Shown: positions 1-9,574 of the stretch, one piece after another | How positions within the stretch are numbered: the first letter of the stretch is position 1 | Layout of the letters: each line of letters begins with the position of its first letter | Source: a virus | Taxonomy: Duplodnaviria > Caudoviricetes | Virus record (IMG/VR): IMGVR_UViG_3300046460_000097 | DNA: 64,000 nucleotides | Strand: one strand, 5' to 3' | Position numbers and translations under genes: made by a program | Notes under the pieces: generated by a model | Seen by the model: the letters and a program-made list of their open reading frames with translations, nothing else | What the model was told of the DNA's origin: nothing | The model's database searches: none

Positions 1-29
1 GTGCGCTGGGTAACAAGACCAGCGAAGGC

Positions 30-1118
30 ATGAGTGGCGGTGCGGTTGAAGAATGGCTGGAGCACGCTTACAAACGCATCCAGTACTTCGTTGAAGTGTA
101 CGAAGGCCACGAGCCTGCACTGATCGAAGGCTTCAGCGTAAACATCCGTCAACTGGAATACGCTGACAAGATCCTCCAGCTGTTGGACGTGTTCGTTACC
201 ACTCGACTCGGCATGCTGGCTGGTGTGGAAGAGTTCTCTCCTGCGTCGGTAGAAAACCGTACTGAAACAGATGATCCCGATTTCGAGATCGCTGAACAGT
301 GCGCTCAGTCTGATGACTGTGGTTGCGGCTGCAAGCTGGATCACGCTTTGACTCTACTGCAAGGTATGGAAGACTTGCTCAATGGTCGCGTTACCTACGA
401 AGCCCATTATGCACACGGCGTGGCTATGGCCAACAACGTGCGTCCCTTCGACGCTGTAACAGGCACTGAAGGTGCAGTCCTTGACGCACTCAAGGATCTG
501 GGTGAAAAGGCCTGGGAAGCGATCAAGGAGTCTTTCAGCGCTATCAAAGAACTCATCAGTCCTGAAGAGGATAAAGAGAAGGGTTCTGACGCGAAGAACA
601 AGGCCGACAACAACAAGAAGTCGTTGCAGGCTATGGAAGACAAGTCGGCGCAGATCAACGATGCGGCGAAAGCTGGTATCTTGGCCCTGTGTGACAAGGC
701 CGACCCAAGCGGCGAGATGAAGAAAGCCATCAGCGGCCTGAACACTGCTGGTGACGGCCCTCGTACCCTTGATGCTCTGTTGGGTGTTCTCAACAAAGAG
801 ATCAGTAGCGGTAGTGCTTTGCAGGAAGCGTTCAAGAAAGGCGAGAAAGCTCTTGCTGATCTGAAATCGGCGAACGGCAAGGTCTCCGGTGCAGACGAAA
901 AGAACAAGGATGTCGTGGCCGCCACCAAGGCGCAGGTCAACGACAAAATTGCTCAGGCTAAAGAAGCGCTGAAGACTGCCCGTAAAGAAGTGGGTGATCA
1001 CAACAAGCGTGTCAATGCCATCGTCAAGGCCATCAGCGGTATCAACGAGAAGATCTTCTCCAAGAAGAGCTATCCTGCCGATAAGAAACCGAAAGAAGCT
1101 GCTGCAGCTAAGGAGTAA
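30..1118 (+). CDS. Virion internal head (inner-body family) protein, probably proteolytically matured
   Basis: 362 aa ORF. Acidic N-terminal region has repeated A/G/S-x-E motifs (AGVE, QGME, TGTE) followed by GAVLDALKDLGEKAWEAIK and a K/A-rich helical C-terminus, the pattern of phiKZ-like internal head proteins. Confidence 0.6.
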   Translation: MSGGAVEEWLEHAYKRIQYFVEVYEGHEPALIEGFSVNIRQLEYADKILQLLDVFVTTRLGMLAGVEEFSPASVENRTETDDPDFEIAEQCAQSDDCGCGCKLDHALTLLQGMEDLLNGRVTYEAHYAHGVAMANNVRPFDAVTGTEGAVLDALKDLGEKAWEAIKESFSAIKELISPEEDKEKGSDAKNKADNNKKSLQAMEDKSAQINDAAKAGILALCDKADPSGEMKKAISGLNTAGDGPRTLDALLGVLNKEISSGSALQEAFKKGEKALADLKSANGKVSGADEKNKDVVAATKAQVNDKIAQAKEALKTARKEVGDHNKRVNAIVKAISGINEKIFSKKSYPADKKPKEAAAAKE

Positions 1119-1123
1119 GGGCA

Positions 1124-1825
1124 ATGGGTTTGGAAAAAGTTCATCCACAAGTGCTTACCCGGGTTAAGGATCAACTGCCCGAGGGCTACACCTTGGTGGA
1201 TGCAGTAGCCACTTCGGAATCGGTAGCGGTCTTCACAGTAGAGAAGGACGGTGTCTTGGGCAAAGCAACAATGCCTAAGGTCAACCTGCTGGACCTGCTG
1301 AAAGGCCGGGTTATTGACATCACCGCTACTCAGGGTGAGTCACTGGACAAGGTTGTGTTGGAACTCGCTGACAAATACCGGATTCATTTGGTGTCTGGCA
1401 CTGACTACGATGTGGGTGACCAAGTCGTGGACTTCCAAGGCGGTTGCTCTTATCAGGTCTCTGTCCCAACACTCGCTTCTAGCGTCAGTGTGATGGGTGT
1501 GTTGATCTTCGTCGTTCGTGATGAAGTTCAGCCTTGCTCTGCGCTTGAGCATACGTCGTTCGATGTAGAAGGTGCTCGCGTTCGTTTGGCACTGGCTGGC
1601 AAGATCTTCAAGGTCGAAGCACCAGAAGTGGCCGAAGACGGTCTGTCGATGACGCTCTGTGAAGACGCAGCTGCATTCATTGGCGGGCTTGGTTTCGACT
1701 ACAAGCCAACGGTTGAAGACTTCTTCGACGCCAAGGTGCAGGTTATCACCAAAGACACGGTCAGTGACTTGGCCATTGTCCAGTTGCCTTCTGGCTTGAT
1801 TGTACCCGTTCGTTTCGCTGTTTAA
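1124..1825 (+). CDS. Putative virion structural protein
   Basis: 233 aa ORF, 5 nt after the previous gene, inside a structural operon. Confidence 0.55.
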   Translation: MGLEKVHPQVLTRVKDQLPEGYTLVDAVATSESVAVFTVEKDGVLGKATMPKVNLLDLLKGRVIDITATQGESLDKVVLELADKYRIHLVSGTDYDVGDQVVDFQGGCSYQVSVPTLASSVSVMGVLIFVVRDEVQPCSALEHTSFDVEGARVRLALAGKIFKVEAPEVAEDGLSMTLCEDAAAFIGGLGFDYKPTVEDFFDAKVQVITKDTVSDLAIVQLPSGLIVPVRFAV

Positions 1826-1834
1826 TCCACAGTT

Positions 1835-1861
1835 GGTAATGGGGGTTCTGCCCCCATTGCT
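1835..1861 (+). terminator. Intrinsic terminator-like hairpin
   Basis: ggtaatggggg-ttctg-cccccattgct followed by a T-rich stretch. Confidence 0.6.
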
Positions 1862-1893
1862 GACTTCACTATTTTTCTTGTGGGTTTACGCTC

Positions 1894-3444
1894 ATGCTTA
1901 AATCAACCGTTATGTCGGAAGATGACTACAAGTCATTCCTTCGGCCTGCTATTTACGATTCGCTCAAAGCTGTACTGAAGTACTACGGCCTAGAGAACGC
2001 TTCTCAGATTTACTATAACGGTGAGAATGAGATCGCTAAACTCGTAGGGAGCAACGCCAACGATGGTCTCCGTGGTGACATGTACACCGACGGGGTGTTC
2101 CGTAACAAGATTTACATTGTACCCGAGATTCAGCAAACCGATTTCAACAACGGCAATGCTAACCAGCGTCGCCAGCCTACCGAACGTCCTGTATGGATGA
2201 ACGATGACGATCACACCCCTGCCATGGCACTGTATCCTGGCTTCAGCGGTGTAAAGATCGAAGTCACGGTAGCCGCTACATTCAACAGCAGTAAGTTGGC
2301 AGAACACTATGTTCGTCGTATCAATCGGTTGCAATCAAACCAAGTGACCGACATGGCGTTTGATGCCACCGTACACATGGGTCTCAATCCATGTCTGCTG
2401 GAACTGTTCTCTGATGTCCACGGGCTGTTGAAGAAGAACGATCCAACCACTCTCGATTTCGGTGATTGGTTCAGTAAGTTCTGCAAGGTGCCGTTTACCA
2501 CCATTATGAACGTGGCGGGTAAGCACAAGCGGTTGGTGGTACCGATCTGTTTGACCAACATCGGGATTCAGTTTACTGAGCCGTTGATTGCCCGTGCTCG
2601 TAAGGGTGACACATCGGGAACGTTTACTGCGGAGTTCAAGTATTCCTTCTATTTCAATGAGTTCACTCACTGGGAGATTGAGTACCCGTTAAACGTCTGG
2701 CAGGACCAGATCCCTGCGAAGTGGATCAGTGCCCCTAATGCGGCGTTTAAACGTCCCTACGCGATCCGTGTGGCCCCTGAGACGGCTTGGATCAACCAAG
2801 GCGTTGAGACACGTGCTGCTCAGGCTCCGTATTACCTTAAACTGCCGGATCATGATCCTTGGACCATGCCGAAGCAGTCGTGGGTACAGCCTATTGTTCA
2901 GGCTCGGTTGGCGCTACAGGATTTGCCTACCCAACAGCTGGGTAACATCTTCGAGATTCCCGGCTTCAAATGGAACGAACAGGTTAAGAACTATATCCTG
3001 CGTCGTCGTGAGTGGGCATTCACTCAGTTCTTCACGCCGTTTGTGATCTGGGTGTACAGCGACAACATTCGTGTGCTGCCTACTCAGCTGAGTATGGATG
3101 AGACTGGCATGATCACTCTCAACCGTGCACCGACCATGCAGAACACGTACCGTATCGTGGTGACTCTGGATTACGCCATCCGAGATTACACCAACACGTT
3201 CTGGGATGACCTCGTTAAGAACAAGGACGACATTAACTTGTTGCCTGCTATCTTCACGTGGTACGACTGGGCTTCGCTCCCTCAACCTTGGCTGGAAGAC
3301 ATTCCTCGTATTCGTCGTGAGATCGATAAGGGCCGTGGCTTGCCATTTGACGGCACTGGCATTAATCGATACATGATGGACTTGGGTCTCCAAGCGCATC
3401 GACTTCTTTTGGTAGAGGACCTCCGCCATGTCATTCGCAATTAA
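1894..3444 (+). CDS. phiKZ-like conserved virion structural protein
   Basis: 516 aa ORF overlapping the next gene, in the core structural block. No catalytic motif recognised. Confidence 0.6.
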   Translation: MLKSTVMSEDDYKSFLRPAIYDSLKAVLKYYGLENASQIYYNGENEIAKLVGSNANDGLRGDMYTDGVFRNKIYIVPEIQQTDFNNGNANQRRQPTERPVWMNDDDHTPAMALYPGFSGVKIEVTVAATFNSSKLAEHYVRRINRLQSNQVTDMAFDATVHMGLNPCLLELFSDVHGLLKKNDPTTLDFGDWFSKFCKVPFTTIMNVAGKHKRLVVPICLTNIGIQFTEPLIARARKGDTSGTFTAEFKYSFYFNEFTHWEIEYPLNVWQDQIPAKWISAPNAAFKRPYAIRVAPETAWINQGVETRAAQAPYYLKLPDHDPWTMPKQSWVQPIVQARLALQDLPTQQLGNIFEIPGFKWNEQVKNYILRRREWAFTQFFTPFVIWVYSDNIRVLPTQLSMDETGMITLNRAPTMQNTYRIVVTLDYAIRDYTNTFWDDLVKNKDDINLLPAIFTWYDWASLPQPWLEDIPRIRREIDKGRGLPFDGTGINRYMMDLGLQAHRLLLVEDLRHVIRN

Positions 3445-4717
3445 CCCGTTGGGGCAAGACGTTCCTCCAGAACCAGAACGCCCCAAGATTTACAGCAACA
3501 CGTACAAGCACACCATCGTTGATTCTTCTTATCAGCCTGAGACGTCGCTGCTGACGATGGTTACTGGTATTCCACGTCTGCTGGAGTACTACCGTCAGTT
3601 CCTCGGCCCTGATGAAGAACCCGCTTCGTTCGCTCCTGATAATGCTCCGACGTACCAGAGCTATCAACGCATCAAGCAAATGATCGGCAAGATGGATGGG
3701 AGTGGTTCCTTTAACTTCGATCCCCTCACTGGTCAGAGTTCCAATACGTTCGAGATGTGGTTGGCTTTCGACCTCACTCCTGTGCGTTGGGACGTGTTCA
3801 TTGTTGATATCGGTGAAGGTCGTGCTGGTCTCGGTCACATCAAGGAACAGCCAGAGATCCGTAACAACACGTCGAACAAGGTTTACCTGTGCACGTGCGA
3901 AATCCTGTGCATCCTGACGGAGGATATCTTCGCCAAGCTGAACAGTCGTGTTGTTGATGAGTTCGTGTACGCTAAGGACTCTGCACTGCACGGTGGTATC
4001 TCCGTAGTGACTCCTGCCGAGTTCGATACGGCAGAGAAACTGTTCAACTGGCGGTTGACGATTGCCAACTCGATCATGAACACCTTCTACTGGAATGCCG
4101 AGCGAACCATCGCTTGGGAAGATGACGTGGGTCGCAAGATCTACGACCAGTATCTGGTGAAGTTCCTGTCGGCGGTAATCGAACCGGATCTACGTAACAG
4201 CTATCCTCCGATCGCTACGTTCTCCACGCAGTACGGCGGTCGTGAGTATGGTTCGTATGGCACCATCAACATCTGGGAAGTATTGATGCGGGGTGATTTC
4301 AACCTCCTACCTCAATGCAAGAACAACGACGCGGTGATCATCGCTACCAACCGTCTGATCAACACCCGGACGTACGGTAACCTGCGTTCCAGCAAGTTCG
4401 ATTGGTTTGTAGCAACCGATCCCGATAACTACCAGCAACTCAACATGTACTTCAACTACGACGGCTTCCCTATCTTGCACACCTCTCCGGAGCACAAGGT
4501 AGCCTATCTGTTCTCTCCTGAGTTCTACACAGGGGTTCCACAGACAGAGTTCGAGCGTATCGTGGTGGACGTCCTGAAGAACAAGTTGGTGGATCGCCAG
4601 CGGCTCCTGACATATTGTGAAACCTATTTCTCTTTGGAGAAGTGGCAACAACTTTACTACGGTGCGATCTTGATCCTCTTGATTCAGATCAGCCGTAAAC
4701 TCGGATCCCCACTATGA
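3428..4717 (+). CDS. phiKZ-like conserved virion structural protein
   Basis: 429 aa ORF with coupled overlaps on both sides. Confidence 0.6.
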   Translation: MSFAINPLGQDVPPEPERPKIYSNTYKHTIVDSSYQPETSLLTMVTGIPRLLEYYRQFLGPDEEPASFAPDNAPTYQSYQRIKQMIGKMDGSGSFNFDPLTGQSSNTFEMWLAFDLTPVRWDVFIVDIGEGRAGLGHIKEQPEIRNNTSNKVYLCTCEILCILTEDIFAKLNSRVVDEFVYAKDSALHGGISVVTPAEFDTAEKLFNWRLTIANSIMNTFYWNAERTIAWEDDVGRKIYDQYLVKFLSAVIEPDLRNSYPPIATFSTQYGGREYGSYGTINIWEVLMRGDFNLLPQCKNNDAVIIATNRLINTRTYGNLRSSKFDWFVATDPDNYQQLNMYFNYDGFPILHTSPEHKVAYLFSPEFYTGVPQTEFERIVVDVLKNKLVDRQRLLTYCETYFSLEKWQQLYYGAILILLIQISRKLGSPL

Positions 4718-5460
4718 GCCAAATGCTGCCCACCCGTTATACAACAGTGCGGGAGAAGATCCTCACACTGTTTAACATTTTGAACAACCGTCAGTTCCCG
4801 GTGTGGATTGCCCCGAAGACCCTGATGTCGACCGAACAACTCCGTGAACGTTACGAGCTGTCTCAACCCGGCTTCGCTAACGACCACGGTTACTACGGCG
4901 ACCCACAGCTGCGCAAGATGAAGATCCCGCAACTGTTGGACATCATGGACAACATCACGTCCCATGAAGACTTGGGGTTCAACAAGGCTGTAGACGTCGT
5001 CACTGAGATCTACGAGTCAATCCAGGAATACATCGCCCTGTGGTGTGAGCTCATGCGTGCTCAAGCGGTAAGGGATTACCCACCACGGGAGGAGCTACGT
5101 AAACTGGAGAGCTTGGCTTTCCTGATCTTCCCGTTGTACAAGAGGATCAAACCGTTCAAGGTTAACGAAGCGATTCGTCAAGCGGGTAAACAGGACAGCA
5201 AACTAATGGGTCAGGGCTTGGCCACCATGGGGATGCTGTTTCAGATCGCCCGTATGGGGTCTGGCCCGGGAGAGACCGAGATCAGCTTCATCAGTCACAT
5301 CGATACCCTCGAAGGGGCTGAGATCAACGATTACAACATCGAGCACGGTCCAGTCAACATGGGTAACTTCTACCCTTCCGCCATTTCCCCAATGTCGGAC
5401 AGTCTCATGAGTGTTGACACTCTGCCAGACAACAACGACTGGATCTTCAAGGCGGATTAA
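4714..5460 (+). CDS. Conserved hypothetical protein
   Basis: 248 aa ORF with an ATGA-type overlap with the upstream gene. Confidence 0.6.
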   Translation: MSQMLPTRYTTVREKILTLFNILNNRQFPVWIAPKTLMSTEQLRERYELSQPGFANDHGYYGDPQLRKMKIPQLLDIMDNITSHEDLGFNKAVDVVTEIYESIQEYIALWCELMRAQAVRDYPPREELRKLESLAFLIFPLYKRIKPFKVNEAIRQAGKQDSKLMGQGLATMGMLFQIARMGSGPGETEISFISHIDTLEGAEINDYNIEHGPVNMGNFYPSAISPMSDSLMSVDTLPDNNDWIFKAD

Positions 5461-5463
5461 CCC

Positions 5464-6804
5464 ATGGAACTTCCAAAGCCCATAGCCAACATCATTGCGC
5501 ACGCCAATGCCATTGATGCAACGGGTACGGAGCGTTTGTTCAATGTGGATGCCAACATCATCACTCCTACCCAGCAGATCCCGTTGTTAGTTCCTAACGG
5601 GTTTGCTCGGTTGAGTAACTTTGCTGGCGCTAACAGTGACGATGCTCGGCTCAAGGCGCAGATCCAACCCGGTGTTTACATGCGGGACGTATTGCCACAC
5701 AAAGACAACCTCTACATTGAGGTGATCGAACGTGTGGGCTTCAAACAGGTTATGAAACGTTATCGTTGTGTACCCCTGGGGGATGGCAACCCTGAACAAC
5801 AAGGTGGTAACTCCTCGTTAGCGGATCTGGGCACCAAAGATGACATCAACATGGTGACGGTGACTTTCCAGTTGCTGGAGACCGGCTTCGCTTTGTTGAA
5901 GAACGAAATGGTGGCTGACGTCATGCTCATGCCTACTCTCTACGACGTAATGCACGGGCAGTTAACCGAATACGGGGTTAAGGTTACCGTAACGGGTGCG
6001 GATGCGTTTAAGGGAGTGGACATCGAACGACCGGTTGATAATGAACGGTCATTCAGCCATGTGGCTATTGGTCCTGCTGTGCCTCTGGTTAAACTGGGGA
6101 GCTGGTTGCAGGAGCATGACGAGTTCGGGGTGTACTCGACAGGTCTTGGGCAGTACTACCGTAAAGGTATGTGGTGGATTTACCCACTGTACCGTCTAGG
6201 ACGCTATGAGACGGCGCCTAAGGTGCTTAACATCTATCGGGTGCCCGAGAACGTCATCCCTACCTTGAAACGTTCCTACTTCGAAGATGGGAAGGCTATA
6301 ACCGTTCTGTCGACAGGTGGGGGTAGCCAGAAAGACGGTTCTGACATCAAACGTCAGAACGTTGGTACTGGTAAACGAGTTATTAGTTCTGATGCTGTTA
6401 TGGGTGAAACCGGTCGGTACTACAACAAGGGTCAGGCAGTTACTACACGTCAAGACTCTTTGTCGGAATATCAAACGGCTAAGCGAGCCAGTGGGGAAGA
6501 GATGGTTCCTTTCCACGGGACGCCTACCAACAACATCTGCAAGATGCTAACGCAGAATGCTAAGAACGACGGTAACTCGATTCAGGTTGCTTGGCATAAC
6601 TCTGACAGTTCTTTGATTGTTCCTGCTATGCCTGTTCGTTACTACTACATGAGTGGGAGTGACAAGCTGGTGTATCGGGAGGGAACGACTCAGTACATTC
6701 GTTGTGAGTGGCAGATGGATACTGAGAACGTAGGGCAACCTGTGTTCAGGGAACACTCGGCCATTGGCATCTTCCTAAGCGATGAAGAACTGGCTGGCGA
6801 GTAA
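5464..6804 (+). CDS. Virion structural protein, possibly baseplate-hub-like (phiKZ gp101-like by synteny)
   Basis: 446 aa, last gene of the structural operon before the helicase. Function inferred from position only. Confidence 0.5.
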   Translation: MELPKPIANIIAHANAIDATGTERLFNVDANIITPTQQIPLLVPNGFARLSNFAGANSDDARLKAQIQPGVYMRDVLPHKDNLYIEVIERVGFKQVMKRYRCVPLGDGNPEQQGGNSSLADLGTKDDINMVTVTFQLLETGFALLKNEMVADVMLMPTLYDVMHGQLTEYGVKVTVTGADAFKGVDIERPVDNERSFSHVAIGPAVPLVKLGSWLQEHDEFGVYSTGLGQYYRKGMWWIYPLYRLGRYETAPKVLNIYRVPENVIPTLKRSYFEDGKAITVLSTGGGSQKDGSDIKRQNVGTGKRVISSDAVMGETGRYYNKGQAVTTRQDSLSEYQTAKRASGEEMVPFHGTPTNNICKMLTQNAKNDGNSIQVAWHNSDSSLIVPAMPVRYYYMSGSDKLVYREGTTQYIRCEWQMDTENVGQPVFREHSAIGIFLSDEELAGE

Positions 6805-6861
6805 TTCGTCAGTCATGTCCCTATGCCTATGTTCAGAAATGAATACTCTTCTGTGAAAGCA

Positions 6862-6871
6862 GGGGGGGGGG
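6862..6871. repeat. G10 homopolymer tract
   Basis: Ten consecutive G in an intergenic region (aagca-G10-atgtg). Confidence 0.9.
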
Positions 6872-6903
6872 ATGTGTGGGAGATATTTTCAATATAAACT
6901 AGC

Positions 6904-6927
6904 CCTACCTTCCGTTAGGGAGGTAGG
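6904..6927 (+). terminator. Stem-loop, terminator-like
   Basis: cctaccttcc-gtta-gggaggtagg followed by ttccttct. Confidence 0.55.
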
Positions 6928-6962
6928 TTCCTTCTATGCTCTAGCCTTACAGGAAACTAGAT

Positions 6963-7100
6963 ATGTTAAATAGCTTAGCAATCAAAGTACTCAAAGTAGT
7001 TATTCCCAAACCAGTCAAGAAAGAAAAAGACGCGGAGCGCATGGCTTTACAGAAGGCTGACCACGATCGCTTGATTGAACAGACACTCGCAGTGATCTAG
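6963..7100 (+). CDS. Small hypothetical protein (45 aa), not in the ORF track
   Basis: MLNSLAIKVLKVVIPKPVKKEKDAERMALQKADHDRLIEQTLAVI; AGGA upstream of ATG. Confidence 0.5.
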   Translation: MLNSLAIKVLKVVIPKPVKKEKDAERMALQKADHDRLIEQTLAVI

Positions 7101-7110
7101 GGATGTTCTA

Positions 7111-7290
7111 ATGTTGTCGTTCATTAAGAAGATCCTGCTGCTGTGTTTGGGGGAGCCTACTAGCCATTGGCGAGAGGTAAAGGTATTACGCCCACTCGAT
7201 CCACCTCCTGCTCCGCCTCCAGCGCCTGCTAAACGCACAACAGTCGTAAAGAAGTGTGCTGGTCAGGGGTTACACCGTAAAACGCTTTAA
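7111..7290 (+). CDS. Small Pro-rich hypothetical protein (59 aa), not in the ORF track
   Basis: MLSFIKKILLLCLGEP...DPPPAPPPAPAKR...; 10 nt after the previous sORF, ends before a terminator. Confidence 0.5.
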   Translation: MLSFIKKILLLCLGEPTSHWREVKVLRPLDPPPAPPPAPAKRTTVVKKCAGQGLHRKTL

Positions 7291-7328
7291 AACGCTTTAC
7301 ACGCGGTTGCAGCATGTACCGGCTATAA

Positions 7329-7369
7329 TTAATACCCTCCTAGCCCTACAAAGGCTAGGAGGGTATTAA
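7329..7369. terminator. Bidirectional terminator between convergent genes
   Basis: Perfect 17-bp inverted repeat ttaataccctcctagcc-ctacaaa-ggctaggagggtattaa. Confidence 0.8.
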
Positions 7370-7393
7370 CACTATTCACGTTTAACTACACTT

Positions 7394-8926
7394 TTAGAGA
7401 TGATCCCAGTCAGCTACCATTTGTCCATTGTCGTCGAGGCGTTGTGTCAAACTACGGCGGTAAGCAGGTTTCTTGCCGATATCGTGTACCAAGCCTTTGT
7501 CAGGATCGAGGTCGTAGATACCAAAACGTTTCTCAGGTGCACAGCCTTCCCCACGCTGTTTACCTACGCAATAGGTGAAGTAGTTCTTGTAAGAAGTCTT
7601 GGCAACGTGAATGGTAATCTCCACATCCACTTCGTTAGTAATCTTGGTAGAGGTCTCCGTCAAGGACTTACCAGCAACTTCACGAGCAAAGTAAACTTCT
7701 GACTCTTCATCAGACTCTTGCAACTTCATCTTCGCAGCTGGGGACAGCTGATGAGGCGTAACAAAGCAAATACCGCGAGCAATAATGAAAGCCCTGATCT
7801 TCCGGAAGTGCAATTGCAGCTTATCGGATTTTGTTTCTCCAGGAATCTTGTCAATGTTTTGCAGACCACAGTAGTCGTATGCGTACCAAATGATTTCGTG
7901 GCCTTTCATTTCCAGACGACGAACACGAGCGAACATTGCCGCAGCAGTATCCTTACTCGATTCGATCTGGTTAATGATCAAGTACCAGCCATTGTCTTTA
8001 AAGCAACGAACAATGGTCTCAACAATGTTTTCTTTATCAGCAGTCTGGAAGTCACCCGCCATGTCATGCTTGGCCATTACCGCCAGCTTGTACATCCGCA
8101 TGATGATCAGATCCATCGTGTCTTCTGCAGACTCCATCAGGATCGTTGCAATCTTCGCCTTGTTACGCAGCAGAGGCTTGTTGTACAAACCTACACCAGC
8201 AGTAAGGTGGCCCATGGTGAGAGACTTACCACGGTTGGTCAGGGCGTTAACCAGATAGAACTTGCTACGACGGAAACCACCATCAGGTTCCAGTGCTTCG
8301 TTCAAACCTTGCAGCGGAGACTTGATGATACCTTCAACGCTGTTTTCCTTCTGAGCCATCTCAATGACTTCATGGAAGGACTCAGGTGTCTCGGAAGTAA
8401 CAGTGTGAACAATCTCACTCTGGCGTTCTTCCGAAACAGTAGCCATCTGTTCGTTGATCAAGTCGGCGAGGTTAGACCAGTCGGCCATCTCCATTTCGCC
8501 AATGTCCTTGAAGTAGAAATCCTTCAATGACTTCTTGAACCGCTTGGCAAAGTCTTCACCCTCAGAGTTCAGGCGGATCTCTGTGATGTGTTGATAGACA
8601 ATCTTGCGGGTCATCTCTTCCGATTCGAGGTCTTCCAAACCGGCAGAGATAGTGTCACGTAAACCCTCGTCACTCTTCGCAAACATGTTGACACGTTGCA
8701 TCAACAATGATTTTATGACAGGTTCGTCTTCCGGCTGCTTCAGCAGCCAATGGATAGTCGCTTTGATGCTATCGCGAATACCCTTATCTTGCGTGAACAC
8801 ATCTGCGTTCGGAGCTGGCAACTCGTTAAGGGTGTCTACCAATTCCGTGATGAGATTCGTGTCCTTAAGTTTCTTGGCCTGATAAAGGGCAGACAAAATC
8901 TTAACCAGTACCAATAAATCGTTCAT
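7394..8926 (-). CDS. dnaB: DnaB-like replicative helicase (phiKZ gp118-like)
   Basis: Walker A ALTNRGKS, MES motif, Walker B AYDY, TPHQLS and KQRG motifs of SF4 helicases; lies two genes before the major capsid gene as in phiKZ. Confidence 0.85.
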   Translation of the reverse strand: MNDLLVLVKILSALYQAKKLKDTNLITELVDTLNELPAPNADVFTQDKGIRDSIKATIHWLLKQPEDEPVIKSLLMQRVNMFAKSDEGLRDTISAGLEDLESEEMTRKIVYQHITEIRLNSEGEDFAKRFKKSLKDFYFKDIGEMEMADWSNLADLINEQMATVSEERQSEIVHTVTSETPESFHEVIEMAQKENSVEGIIKSPLQGLNEALEPDGGFRRSKFYLVNALTNRGKSLTMGHLTAGVGLYNKPLLRNKAKIATILMESAEDTMDLIIMRMYKLAVMAKHDMAGDFQTADKENIVETIVRCFKDNGWYLIINQIESSKDTAAAMFARVRRLEMKGHEIIWYAYDYCGLQNIDKIPGETKSDKLQLHFRKIRAFIIARGICFVTPHQLSPAAKMKLQESDEESEVYFAREVAGKSLTETSTKITNEVDVEITIHVAKTSYKNYFTYCVGKQRGEGCAPEKRFGIYDLDPDKGLVHDIGKKPAYRRSLTQRLDDNGQMVADWDHL

Positions 8927-8949
8927 TAGGATACTCCTAGGAGCTGAAA

Positions 8950-9498
8950 ATGATTCTTAAGACCCCGCAAGGGAAGTCCTTTCGTGTTTTGTTCTTGACC
9001 AGCTCCATGCGCGACGTGCTGGTCAGTCAAGCTATTCCGTTCAGCGATGTTTCCAAACTCGCATCATATCATCAGAAAGTAACATTCTCTGAGATAGCGC
9101 ACATCCTGAAGTTCCAGTATGTCGTTGCTCAACAGATGGGCGTTCCGCTTCTCGACCCGAAACATTTGTTCGGGGAAGGTTACAACGGCGGAATGGTTGA
9201 GCGTTCATTCAATGACATTGACAGTGAAACGTTAACCCAGATTTACAAGTCCACGAAGAGCTTTGCTTGTCTCGACGCGGGCATGAATACCCTCATTGTT
9301 CTATTTAATGGGGAAGACGCTTCTAAAGTACCCGGCTGGGACTCACTGGAAGCACAAACATTCTCTGGCGCATTGCTAGAAACAGTTTTTGCCAAGGTGG
9401 GATACATGGAATCTCACAACGGCAAAATCCCAAAACCTAACCTGGGTGAATTCACTCTGGCAGAGGTTTACAAACTGGTTAGTATTGAAAACCCTTAA
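8950..9498 (+). CDS. Conserved head-associated protein (phiKZ gp119-like by synteny)
   Basis: 182 aa, AGGAG RBS, between the helicase and the major capsid gene. Confidence 0.5.
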   Translation: MILKTPQGKSFRVLFLTSSMRDVLVSQAIPFSDVSKLASYHQKVTFSEIAHILKFQYVVAQQMGVPLLDPKHLFGEGYNGGMVERSFNDIDSETLTQIYKSTKSFACLDAGMNTLIVLFNGEDASKVPGWDSLEAQTFSGALLETVFAKVGYMESHNGKIPKPNLGEFTLAEVYKLVSIENP

Positions 9499-9510
9499 TC
9501 CACTATATTT

Positions 9511-9548
9511 TATGTGTAGCGCTACTTACACAAACAAATATATTTGTT
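9511..9548 (+). promoter_or_regulatory. Candidate late promoter (TATG) and palindromic leader of the capsid gene
   Basis: TATG at 9511-9514 in an AT-rich spacer matches the phiKZ late-promoter motif; perfect palindrome aacaaatatatttgtt at 9533-9548. TATG is only 4 nt, so support is weak. Confidence 0.3.
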
Positions 9549-9574
9549 AACATCCTCAGTAAAGGATTTGAGTC

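Noticed and set aside
7279-7298. Tandem aaaacgcttt x2
   Set aside because: Only two 10-nt copies at an ORF stop; insufficient for an iteron or origin call.
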